Source of the DNA: an uncultured Eubacteriales bacterium
GTDB lineage: Bacteria > Bacillota > Clostridia > Oscillospirales > UBA644
Length of the DNA stretch: 64,000 bases
Assembly: GCA_900547165.1 (NCBI GenBank)
Contig: URFZ01000002.1
Span: forward strand, 76,247-140,246
Reading direction: 5' to 3'
Positions 44,401 to 52,164 of the stretch are shown here, piece after piece. Made by a program: the position numbers and the translations under genes. Below the pieces are notes generated by a model. The model ran no database searches. It had not been told where the DNA came from and saw only the letters and a program-made list of their open reading frames with translations. Position 1 is the first letter of the stretch; each line of letters starts with the position of its first letter.

Positions 44401-46348
44401 CTCGGTTCAGAGTTCGGGACTTGACCTCAACTATGCATACAAGAATTATCCCTCGATAATCATCAACAACGGACTGAACAAGTTCGATACTTCTTCAAAA
44501 TCCGCAACGGGCGGCGTTCCGACAGTTCCCGTTACGGGAATTTCGCTGAACACGACCTCCGCGTCTATGCTCGTCGGCGAAAATCTGACTCTTATCGCAA
44601 CAGTAAATCCGTCGAACGCAACGGATAAAACCGTTGTCTGGTCAACATCGAACGGCAGCGTTGCAACCGTGTACGGCGGCGTTGTGACCGCGAACGGCGC
44701 AGGCACTGCAACGATAACTGCAACGGCGGGCGGCAAGAGCGCGTCCTGCACGGTTACCGTAACGGCGACCGTTCCCGCAACGGGAATAACGCTGAACAGG
44801 ACTTCCGCAACGATGAATGTCGGCGAAAATCTGGCGCTTACGGCAATGGTAACACCGTCCAATGCTGCGGATAAGACCGTGACATGGACATCGACCGTAC
44901 CGACGGTGGCAACGGTTGAAAACGGCGTTGTCAGAAGCCTCGCGGCGGGAACAACGACGATAAAAGCGACAAACGCAAGCGGGCATGTTGCCGAGTGTAC
45001 GATTACGGTAACTTCTTCGTATGTTTCGACCTCTCGCGTAACTCTTTCGTCTTCAACTTTGGCGCTCCGCGTCGGCGAAACATTCTCTCTCAACGCAAAA
45101 GTGGCGCCGCTGAACGCGACGGACAGAACCGTTGTGTGGGCATCCGACGATGAAAACGTGATAAGTGTTTCGTCCGACGGAAACGTTACCGCACTCGGTA
45201 CGGGCACGGCAAATGTCGTTGCCACGACCGTTGACGGCAAGAGCGATATATGCACCGTAACGGTAACTCTTAACGGCGCGTCCGCGACAGACCTTGTGTT
45301 GAATACAACCCTGCTGCATCTTACGGAAAACGGAATTTACACGCTCCGCGCAACGATGAACAATTCTGTCCTTGCGGGAGCAAATGTTTCGTGGGCGACG
45401 TCCGACACGGACGTTATAACCGTTTCAAACGGCAAAATTACAGCCGTCGGTGCGGGTTTTGCAACCGTGACGGCGACCGTGGGTGAAAAGAGCGCGACCT
45501 GTGCCGTCTATGTGTCCGCCGCATACACGCTTGTTGAAGAAATAACGCTTGACAGAACGTCGCTTTCGCTTACGCAGGGAACGGCATTTTCGCTGACCGC
45601 GACCGTTACCCCGACGAATGCGACAAATCAGACTTTCTTCTGGGCAAGTTCCGACTCCGCGGTCGTAACGGTTGAGAACGGCGTAGTGGTTGCTGTTTCC
45701 GAGGGTACGGCAACCGTAACCGCAATATCTGCGGACGGCGCTTCCGCAACCTGCGCGGTGACCGTTACCGACCCGAGAACCGTGGTTGAAAACGGCTTGT
45801 GCGGCAATGCCGTTTCGTATGTGCTTTATGACGACGGCGAGCTTCTGATAAGAGGTTCTTCCTCAATGGATTCTTTCACGCAGGGCAATGCACCGTGGAA
45901 AGCACACCTTTCCGAAATAAAGAAAGTCACCGTTCTGAACGGTGTGACTTCGATAGGATATTATGCGTTTGCGGGTTGCGAAAATCTTGAAACGGTCATA
46001 CTTCCCGAAAGCGTTAAGACTATCGGAAGATATGCGTTTGCGGGGGCTGTGAGCCTTGTGTCGGCAGACCTGCCCGACACGGTTACGGAACTCGGTTCTC
46101 ACGCTTTCTTCGGCTGTTCGTCTTTGACCAACGCGGTCATTCCGGTCGGTGTGACAAGACTTGCTCCGTCCGTTTTCGAGGATTGCACATCTCTTGAAAC
46201 GGTTGTGCTTCACGACGGCATAAAAACGATAGGTGAAAGCGCATTCGAGGGATGTACCTTGCTGACGAACATAAATGTTCCTATCACGGCTGCCGTAAAA
46301 GATTATGCTTTTGACGGTTGCGCAAAACTTGACTCCCAAAAAAATTAA
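41417..46348 (+). CDS. giant secreted multidomain protein: C39-like cysteine peptidase, beta-helix-like module, 2 Big_2, GH25 muramidase, 5 Big_2, BspA-type LRR
   Basis: Start at MKKVKRIL (ATG 41417, RBS AGGAG) with a signal peptide. Domain motifs are listed in the sub-features below. Confidence 0.8.
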   Translation: MKKVKRILSVLLIVALTATFVGAFSIGSSAVTPLGCVIQKDTKWKSYYYGGGNLYDTGCGIFSLVNAVGYLTGIRMSVTEVAAWAHEIGAYNAGSSAGGTTRGYLYPKVQAQYGSRYGFTVDCGGSGGTGYWNVTSYNTTLQNHLANGGVAIGHVPGHFIALVNYSGGKYHVYESYPSSTRGTQNATTGSIWLTPAQLNSGYAGMKLDWFCLLSYTGGGTESGGSSENPSTNPGGGGNTASTATQPFRTFYYNLNGTTDTADSSLNDFNSYGMSYPGGFINSPSYVGAYSTLASNWSAVAGELTKDCTLTSRGTEYKTSLPIRLFLDGRTLTAVSGGYAFNQEKANTTTITGNTFAVSSEEGTETFGTINGNGNCDTVAQSAGTLNFRNLTLNSSSSSGNNNAFYQTAGDATFRGVTVRASGSDYGAAVGVKGKLSSVANSSFISTRTSSSGTDASSGIHLRGGSIGTWTNSNITTSYGEALWVDGGSVSIINGGNFTGGTNGNGIYISNNGTVGTVMNGVFASTGANAGINITSGSTLNTISGGTIKGITISGTLGTITGGTFDFSTYTASNYGTIKNYIASGKAARLDSTSGSGIFTVVTNSGLTSGTYMAAPNGVDYTTGTATINGVSYTTYTVSTQTVPVESVSLDKNTLSLSVGGTGTLVVTVNPSNATDKTITWTTSNGGVATVYNGVVTANGVGTAVLTATAGGKSASCTVTVTQATTATVTIDKGYAAVNKGGTVTLTATCSGGAVSWASSNASVATVSNGVVTGVAKGEATITASCGSVSVSATVRVTDYTSPAWGVDVSHHQGTIDWAKLKQSGVDFAIIRLGLGVTDSSGTLTYDRQWAANIAGARAAGIDIGVYLYAYATTTSAALREAQLVVEELNKYPGYFTYPVWYDFENDNAKSTSRKSANAEVIKTFCDYVGNAGYYTGIYTYTSFFTSYIDDSQLTSYDHWVAQYGANDGEPHSVSYTGAYGMWQYTSMGLGKVVSGSVQSSGLDLNYAYKNYPSIIINNGLNKFDTSSKSATGGVPTVPVTGISLNTTSASMLVGENLTLIATVNPSNATDKTVVWSTSNGSVATVYGGVVTANGAGTATITATAGGKSASCTVTVTATVPATGITLNRTSATMNVGENLALTAMVTPSNAADKTVTWTSTVPTVATVENGVVRSLAAGTTTIKATNASGHVAECTITVTSSYVSTSRVTLSSSTLALRVGETFSLNAKVAPLNATDRTVVWASDDENVISVSSDGNVTALGTGTANVVATTVDGKSDICTVTVTLNGASATDLVLNTTLLHLTENGIYTLRATMNNSVLAGANVSWATSDTDVITVSNGKITAVGAGFATVTATVGEKSATCAVYVSAAYTLVEEITLDRTSLSLTQGTAFSLTATVTPTNATNQTFFWASSDSAVVTVENGVVVAVSEGTATVTAISADGASATCAVTVTDPRTVVENGLCGNAVSYVLYDDGELLIRGSSSMDSFTQGNAPWKAHLSEIKKVTVLNGVTSIGYYAFAGCENLETVILPESVKTIGRYAFAGAVSLVSADLPDTVTELGSHAFFGCSSLTNAVIPVGVTRLAPSVFEDCTSLETVVLHDGIKTIGESAFEGCTLLTNINVPITAAVKDYAFDGCAKLDSQKN
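41520..42060 (+). other. domain: papain-like peptidase, C39-like (Peptidase_C39_2 type)
   Basis: Cys context YDTGCGIFSLVNAVGYLTG (tgc 41591-41593). His context PGHFIALVNYSGGKYHVYES (cac 41888-41890). Confidence 0.55.
43820..44460 (+). other. domain: GH25 lysozyme/muramidase
   Basis: WGVDVSHHQGTIDWAKLKQSGVDFAIIRLG, GVYLYAY, PVWYDFEND, HWVAQYG, MWQYTS. Confidence 0.8.
44520..45770 (+). repeat. array of five Big_2 (bacterial Ig-like group 2) domains; two more lie at 43336-43810
   Basis: Recurrent ~80-aa units: V..I.L......L.VGE...L.A.V.PSNATDKTV.W.SS...VATV..G.VTA...GTA.ITAT...GKSA.C.VTV. Confidence 0.8.
45790..46345 (+). other. domain: BspA-type leucine-rich repeats (LRR_5-like)
   Basis: VTSIGYYAFAGCENLETVILPESVKTIGRYAFAGAVSLVSADLPDTVTELGSHAFFGCSSLTNAVIP...IKTIGESAFEGCTLLTNINVP. 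Confidence 0.75.
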
Positions 46349-46364
46349 ACGGTGAAATCAATTG

Positions 46365-46387
46365 CCGCGAACGGGCATTGTTCGCGG
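46365..46387 (+). terminator. terminator-like hairpin
   Basis: Stem ccgcgaac/gttcgcgg with only a weak T tract downstream. Confidence 0.35.
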
Positions 46388-46427
46388 CGATTGCGGTTTC
46401 TTCTTGTCAAATATCTATATATTACTA

Positions 46428-46456
46428 TTGACAAAAAAGAAAAATTATTGTATTAT
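46428..46456 (+). promoter_or_regulatory. promoter candidate
   Basis: TTGACA-17 nt-TATTAT. Confidence 0.5.
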
Positions 46457-46586
46457 ATAAATAATGAGAGTCTGTTTGGATACGCTCATTTCCATGCGGA
46501 CACAGGACTCGAAAATCGGTTTTCGGGTCTGTCTTCGCGATTTCTTATTGCAATACAATAAATTTCATAAATGAAAGGGTTTTGTT

Positions 46587-49500
46587 ATGAAAAACGGTTT
46601 TAAAAGACTGTTGGCAACGGTACTTTTCTTTGCTATGGTACTGTCGCTTTCCGTCGGTTTGGCTCTGTCGGGTTCGGCGGCAACGTATCCGATAGATATC
46701 GGTTACGCGGCTTCGTCGGGCGGCGCGTGCGACGGCTGGATATACGAACTCGGGCTCGGCAGTTATGTCACTTCCTCAAATGTTTCGTCCTCGTATACCA
46801 ATTACAGGATAAACCTTGTAACGGCTTTCGGTGATTCTTCTGCGTTGGCGTCGAAAACCGCATATTTTGAAAAATTCAATCAGAATGTTGAGGGATATAC
46901 AACGGGAACGATGCGCCCGCTTGCCGCGCCCGCATATATTTATTTGCAGGGCTACAATTACGGTACTGCGTCCCTTGTTTATTCTCACAATCAGGCAAAT
47001 ACAACTATAATAAACGGTAAGAATTATTCCGATTCCGCTCCGTATACGGGCACGGGCAGTTCTGTCGGAACGATTTACAAGAGTGCCACGAAAGACGACC
47101 TTGTTGCTTTGAGCAGCGGTAATCTTACTTTTATTAACATTCTTCTTGACCACCGTGCGACTTCGGGCAATCTTGACGCCGTGTTCCAGACCGGCGGAAC
47201 GCTGACGTTTTCAAACTCGACCGCACAGGTTGCCACTCTCGGAGCGGGACTTCACGTTCAGGGCACGGGAGTTATAGACAAAATTGAAAATTCGACCGTT
47301 AAAAACACCAATACGGCGGCGGCAACGGAAAACAACAAAAACACCGCGTTGCTTGTCGGCATGGGCGGCAATTATACTTCAAAAGTCGGAACGGTCAACA
47401 CCATTACGAACTCCGCGTTCAGTTCCGTTACGGGTTACGGTATCTGGACAAGAGGCACGATAGGCACAATAGGCGGAAACACCACCGTTACTTCGACCGG
47501 CAGCGATGCTGTCTGGGTCGCAAACAGCGGCGTTATCAACACGATAAGCGGCGGTACGTTCACGGGCGGTACCGCAGGTAACGGTTTGTGGATAAGTGAC
47601 GGCGGCACCGTCGGCACGATAAGCGGCGGTACGTTTTCTTCCACGGGTACTGCGGGACTTAAAGTAGACACAAATTCCAAGATAAATTTCATAACGGGCG
47701 GCACGTTCAACGGCGTTATCGTCAACGGCACGATAGACTCGATAAGCGGCGGTACGTTTGATTTCACGTCCTATAAATCGAGTTATAATACCATTAAAAA
47801 TTTCGTTGCTTCCGGTAAGGTCGCAAGACTTGATTCGCAAAGCGGCGGCGGCAAATTCACCGTAGTGAACAACAGCGGCATTACGTCGGGAACATATATG
47901 TCCGCTCCGTCCTGCGCGGACGGCTATTCCGCAACGCAGGGAACAACATCGATAAACGGTGAGACGTTCACCACTTATACCGTCGGTGTTGCAAATATCC
48001 CCGTTCAGAGCGTTGAGATAACCCCGTCTGTCGTTAATATGACCGTCGGAGACACTTACGATATAACCGTAACGATCACCCCATCGAATGCGACAAATCA
48101 GACCGTTACATGGCAGACCTCCAACGGCGGAGTTGCAACCGTTTGGAACAGAACAATAACCGCAAACGGCGAAGGTACGGCGGTTCTGACCGCAACTGTT
48201 GACGGAAAGACCGCACAGGTCACCGTAAACGTTTCCAAACCCGATACACGAATTGATGTTTCCGAGTATAAGGCAAGCGGCACTTATCCCGAAATGAGCG
48301 GAAAACTTTTCGCTGGATGGTTTGCTGATGAGGCTTTGACGGAACCCTATACCGAGGAAACGGGTCTTGCTTACGCAAAGTTTGTAGATGAAGGCGTGCT
48401 TGTTGTTAAAGGTCAGCTTTCCGCTGGAGCGACGACCGCATCTTCTTCCGTAAATCTCCGTCTTATAACAACGGTCGATTCCGATATGTATTCCCGTGTC
48501 GGATTCAGAATTACATACAACGGCAAGACCGTAAACGTTGACACTCGCCGTGTTTACAGCGCCATAAGCGCGAAAAACGGAGACCTGACGGTTACATATT
48601 CTCCCACGAATATATGTGCCTCCTCCAAATATTTCATGACCTTTGTTCTTTCAAATGTTCCGTCCGCAGCGTATTCGAAAACGATAACTGTCGTTCCCTA
48701 TTGGAGAACTCTTGACAATACTCTTGTTTTCGGCGCGCAGTCCGATATAGTTATCGCGAATCAACTTCCCGAACCCGTTATTCCCGTTGAAAGCGTGACT
48801 GTTACTCCGAACACCGTCAATATGACTGTCGGAGAAACTGCGGATGTAACCGTAACGATAAACCCGTCGAACGCGACGAATACAACGGTTACATGGCAGA
48901 CCTCCAACGGCGGCGTTGCAACCGTTTGGAACGGAACGATAACCGCGAACGGCGCGGGAACCGCGGTTCTTACGGCAACCGTTGACGGCGTGGAAGCGAC
49001 CTGTACCGTAAACGTTACGGCTGCGACAGAAGATTCCGATTACATCAAGTACATGAAGCGTAAGTACCCGAATTACGTTGAATCGACGGTCGGACTTGAC
49101 ATAACATTCAAGGAAGACCTTGTCGGCATCTGCTATTCGACATGGCATGACTATGCGTCTGTTTACAATGCGGGAACGTATTACAACGCAACCGAAATTC
49201 TTGCTTCCACAAAAGTTTTCGGACCTTACCCGCTTTATCACTATTGGGCAAAACCCGCTCTCGGATATTATTCGAGCAGCGATTCATCCGTTATCAGAAC
49301 ACACATGACGCAACTTGCGAATGCGGGCGTAGACTTCATCATTATTGATAACACGAACGCTGCGCTGCCCATCATAGATGCGGCGATAAACTCTTCCGTT
49401 TCGTCTCAGACATATTGGCAAAGCGTTATAACTTCGAGCGTTACCGCGTTGCTCGACACCTGCGTTCAGATGCGTTCGGAGGGACTTAAAACTCCGTATG

Positions 49501-50198
49501 TTGTATTCTGGAACAGAAATACGGATTCCGAGAACTGGGAGATATTCGGCAGAATCAGATCTCAGTTCCTGACAAAAGACAAATATAAAGACCTTTTTGT
49601 ATATCTTGTAAACGACAACAACGGACTTGCAAAACCGCTTGTTCTCGGAACGGGTTCGACAACTTCGACGCAGGGTACGGCAGAAGCGAACGTTCCTTCT
49701 TACTATGACGCATATCTGACTTACAGAACGATGTGGGGTCTGCAAACCGTCCGCGCAACGACCGATTGGAGCTATCTCCTTAAAAACAACAATCAGCCCA
49801 GACGCGGAGAGACAGATTCCACGACAGGCAAAACGTATTATGAGCAGATGCCCGTTGCTCCCGCAATGCAGCAGACTTACATGACCGCAACCGGCACGGC
49901 GACAGGCAGAAAGAACGGCGCAACGTTCCACACTCAATGGCAGAACGCGTTCAATGTCAGACCCAAGATAGTTGTTTTGGCATGGTGGAACGAATGGGTT
50001 GCGCAGAACTACGGCTCGACCTCTTCGCCGACATTCACGGATAACTACAATCAGGAATACAGCCGAGACATCGAACCGATGAGCGGCGGACACGGCGCGA
50101 AGTATTACAACATGATGAAACAGTACATCGCGGCGTACAAGGCACACGAAAACTGCCCGAATCTGACGGAGTCGAACGTTTCTTCCACGATTTCCTAA
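46587..50198 (+). CDS. giant secreted protein: beta-helix-like module (paralogous to 42.6-43.3 kb), Big_2, unknown beta-rich insert, Big_2, C-terminal glycosidase-like domain
   Basis: Signal peptide LSGSAA/TYP. Reiterated GGTF motifs. Two Big_2 units (47998-48240 and 48780-49020). C-terminal ~390 aa with WAKPALGYYSSSDSSVIRTHMTQLANAGVDFIIIDNTN. Confidence 0.7.
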   Translation: MKNGFKRLLATVLFFAMVLSLSVGLALSGSAATYPIDIGYAASSGGACDGWIYELGLGSYVTSSNVSSSYTNYRINLVTAFGDSSALASKTAYFEKFNQNVEGYTTGTMRPLAAPAYIYLQGYNYGTASLVYSHNQANTTIINGKNYSDSAPYTGTGSSVGTIYKSATKDDLVALSSGNLTFINILLDHRATSGNLDAVFQTGGTLTFSNSTAQVATLGAGLHVQGTGVIDKIENSTVKNTNTAAATENNKNTALLVGMGGNYTSKVGTVNTITNSAFSSVTGYGIWTRGTIGTIGGNTTVTSTGSDAVWVANSGVINTISGGTFTGGTAGNGLWISDGGTVGTISGGTFSSTGTAGLKVDTNSKINFITGGTFNGVIVNGTIDSISGGTFDFTSYKSSYNTIKNFVASGKVARLDSQSGGGKFTVVNNSGITSGTYMSAPSCADGYSATQGTTSINGETFTTYTVGVANIPVQSVEITPSVVNMTVGDTYDITVTITPSNATNQTVTWQTSNGGVATVWNRTITANGEGTAVLTATVDGKTAQVTVNVSKPDTRIDVSEYKASGTYPEMSGKLFAGWFADEALTEPYTEETGLAYAKFVDEGVLVVKGQLSAGATTASSSVNLRLITTVDSDMYSRVGFRITYNGKTVNVDTRRVYSAISAKNGDLTVTYSPTNICASSKYFMTFVLSNVPSAAYSKTITVVPYWRTLDNTLVFGAQSDIVIANQLPEPVIPVESVTVTPNTVNMTVGETADVTVTINPSNATNTTVTWQTSNGGVATVWNGTITANGAGTAVLTATVDGVEATCTVNVTAATEDSDYIKYMKRKYPNYVESTVGLDITFKEDLVGICYSTWHDYASVYNAGTYYNATEILASTKVFGPYPLYHYWAKPALGYYSSSDSSVIRTHMTQLANAGVDFIIIDNTNAALPIIDAAINSSVSSQTYWQSVITSSVTALLDTCVQMRSEGLKTPYVVFWNRNTDSENWEIFGRIRSQFLTKDKYKDLFVYLVNDNNGLAKPLVLGTGSTTSTQGTAEANVPSYYDAYLTYRTMWGLQTVRATTDWSYLLKNNNQPRRGETDSTTGKTYYEQMPVAPAMQQTYMTATGTATGRKNGATFHTQWQNAFNVRPKIVVLAWWNEWVAQNYGSTSSPTFTDNYNQEYSRDIEPMSGGHGAKYYNMMKQYIAAYKAHENCPNLTESNVSSTIS

Positions 50199-50212
50199 CA
50201 GTAGACAATAAA

Positions 50213-50241
50213 GAAGCCGACCGGTTTTGCCGGTCGGCTTC
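50213..50241 (+). terminator. 12-bp GC-rich hairpin after the gene (no T tract)
   Basis: gaagccgaccgg-ttttg-ccggtcggcttc. Confidence 0.4.
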
Positions 50242-50410
50242 AAGCGGAAAAAGAAAAGGGAGTATTTCTTTGAAAAAAATGTTTTTGCGCCTCTATAAGC
50301 CGTGAAAACCGTTCCCGCTTGAACAAATTGCGACACTTTGCCGTATTCATTGCAAAAAGGAAAAAAGTGTGATAAAATAAACAAGTACTATTTTTTAAGG
50401 AGAAAAACGG

Positions 50411-52042
50411 ATGATAACTGTTTCCGATGTGACCTTTAATTTCGGAGGTCAGGTACTTTTCAAAGATGTTGATCTGAAATTCACACCGGGCAACTGCTAC
50501 GGTATAATCGGCGCGAACGGCGCGGGAAAATCGACTTTTCTGAAAATGATCTGCGGTGAACTCGAACCGACGAAAGGAACCGTCACCATTCCCGAAAAAA
50601 CGAGACTTTCCGTTCTCAAACAGGATCACTTTGCTTATGACGCGTACACGGTTCTCGACACAATAATCATGGGCAATGAACGCCTTTATCAGATAATGAA
50701 AGAAAAGGACGCTCTTTATGAAAAAGAGGACTTTTCTGAAGAGGACGGCATCAAAGCGTCCGAACTCGAGGGCGAATTTGCGGAACTGAACGGTTGGGAA
50801 GCGGAATCCGACGCGTCGAAACTCGTTCAGGGTCTCGGACTTAATGAAAGCGTTCTTTATGAGCCGATGTCAGGTCTGAAAGAAAGCGAAAAGGTCAAAG
50901 TTTTGCTTGCGCAGGCTCTTTTCGGCGATCCCGAGATAATTTTGCTCGACGAGCCGACGAACGGTCTTGACATCGAGGCGGTTGCTTGGCTTGAAGATTT
51001 CCTCAGCGACTATTTCGGAACGGTTCTCGTTGTCAGCCACGACCGTCACTTCCTCAACAACGTCTGCACGAACATCGTCGATATCGACTACGGCGGCATA
51101 AAGATGTATGTCGGCAACTATGAGTTTTGGTATGAGTCGAGCCAACTTATGCAGCGCGTTTTGAAACAGCAGAACAAGAAAAACGAAGAAAAAATAAAGG
51201 AATTGCAGGAGTTCATTTCACGCTTTTCCGCGAATAAATCAAAATCGAGACAGGCAACCGCGAGAAAGAAACTTCTTGACAAACTGACGGTTGAGGAAAT
51301 CCCCGCGTCAAGCCGCCGTTATCCGTTCATCGGCTTTGACATGGACAGAGAAGCAGGCAAGGATATTCTTTTCGTTGAAAATCTTTCCAAAACCGCACCC
51401 GACGGAACCGTGCTTTTCAAGGACATCACGTTCACCGTCAACAAGGGCGAAAAGATCGCGTTTGTCGGCAACGAAATGTCGATAACCGCGCTTTTTGAGA
51501 TTCTTGTCGGCAATTCCGACCCCGACAGCGGTTCGTATAAATGGGGACAGAGCATAACATACTCTTATTTCCCTCACGACAATTCCGATTTCTTCAACGG
51601 CTGTACGCTCTCCATTCTTGACTGGATGAGACAGTATTCCAAAGACCAGACCGAAACATATCTGCGCGGCTTCCTCGGCAGAATGCTTTTCTCCAATGAC
51701 AGCGTTTACAAAGAAGTTCGCGTGCTGAGCGGCGGTGAAAAGGCAAGATGTATGTTCTCCCGAATGATGCTTTTCGGCTCGAATATGCTTATTCTGGACA
51801 GACCCACCGACCACCTCGACCTTGAATCCATAACCGCCGTCAACAACGGTCTTTCGGCGTTCAAGGGCAACGTTATGTTTATGTCGCACGACTATGAAAT
51901 AGTGAACACAGTTGCCGACAGGATAATAGAACTGACGCCCGACAGAATGATAGACAAAAAGGGCAATTACGAGGATTATGTCGAGTTCAAGAAGTCGCTC
52001 GGCGAGGGCAAGATTTCTCTCGGTACTTCTTATTCCGAATAA
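50411..52042 (+). CDS. ABC-F family ATPase (YbiT-like translation factor type)
   Basis: Two NBDs without TMDs. GANGAGKSTFLKMI, LSGGEKARC, ILLDEPTN/LILDRPTDHLD. Inter-NBD linker with ELQEFISRFSANKSKSRQATARKK. Confidence 0.9.
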   Translation: MITVSDVTFNFGGQVLFKDVDLKFTPGNCYGIIGANGAGKSTFLKMICGELEPTKGTVTIPEKTRLSVLKQDHFAYDAYTVLDTIIMGNERLYQIMKEKDALYEKEDFSEEDGIKASELEGEFAELNGWEAESDASKLVQGLGLNESVLYEPMSGLKESEKVKVLLAQALFGDPEIILLDEPTNGLDIEAVAWLEDFLSDYFGTVLVVSHDRHFLNNVCTNIVDIDYGGIKMYVGNYEFWYESSQLMQRVLKQQNKKNEEKIKELQEFISRFSANKSKSRQATARKKLLDKLTVEEIPASSRRYPFIGFDMDREAGKDILFVENLSKTAPDGTVLFKDITFTVNKGEKIAFVGNEMSITALFEILVGNSDPDSGSYKWGQSITYSYFPHDNSDFFNGCTLSILDWMRQYSKDQTETYLRGFLGRMLFSNDSVYKEVRVLSGGEKARCMFSRMMLFGSNMLILDRPTDHLDLESITAVNNGLSAFKGNVMFMSHDYEIVNTVADRIIELTPDRMIDKKGNYEDYVEFKKSLGEGKISLGTSYSE

Positions 52043-52113
52043 TCGGGCAGTCATCTTTACGGTTTTGACCGTAAATGTTTGGTGTATATTCCGCCTTATA
52101 AATCAATAACAAT

Positions 52114-52140
52114 ACCGCAGGTTCTTTGTGAACCTGCGGT
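52114..52140 (-). terminator. terminator after hflX
   Basis: 11-bp stem accgcaggttc/gaacctgcggt, followed on the minus strand by attgttattgattt. Confidence 0.6.
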
Positions 52141-52164
52141 TTGAAAATCGAATATTTATTATAT

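Noticed and set aside
43336-45770. Repeated ~240-bp units that might suggest a mobile element or IS remnants.
   Set aside because: They are in-frame Big_2 domain repeats within one continuous ORF. There are no terminal inverted repeats and no transposase.
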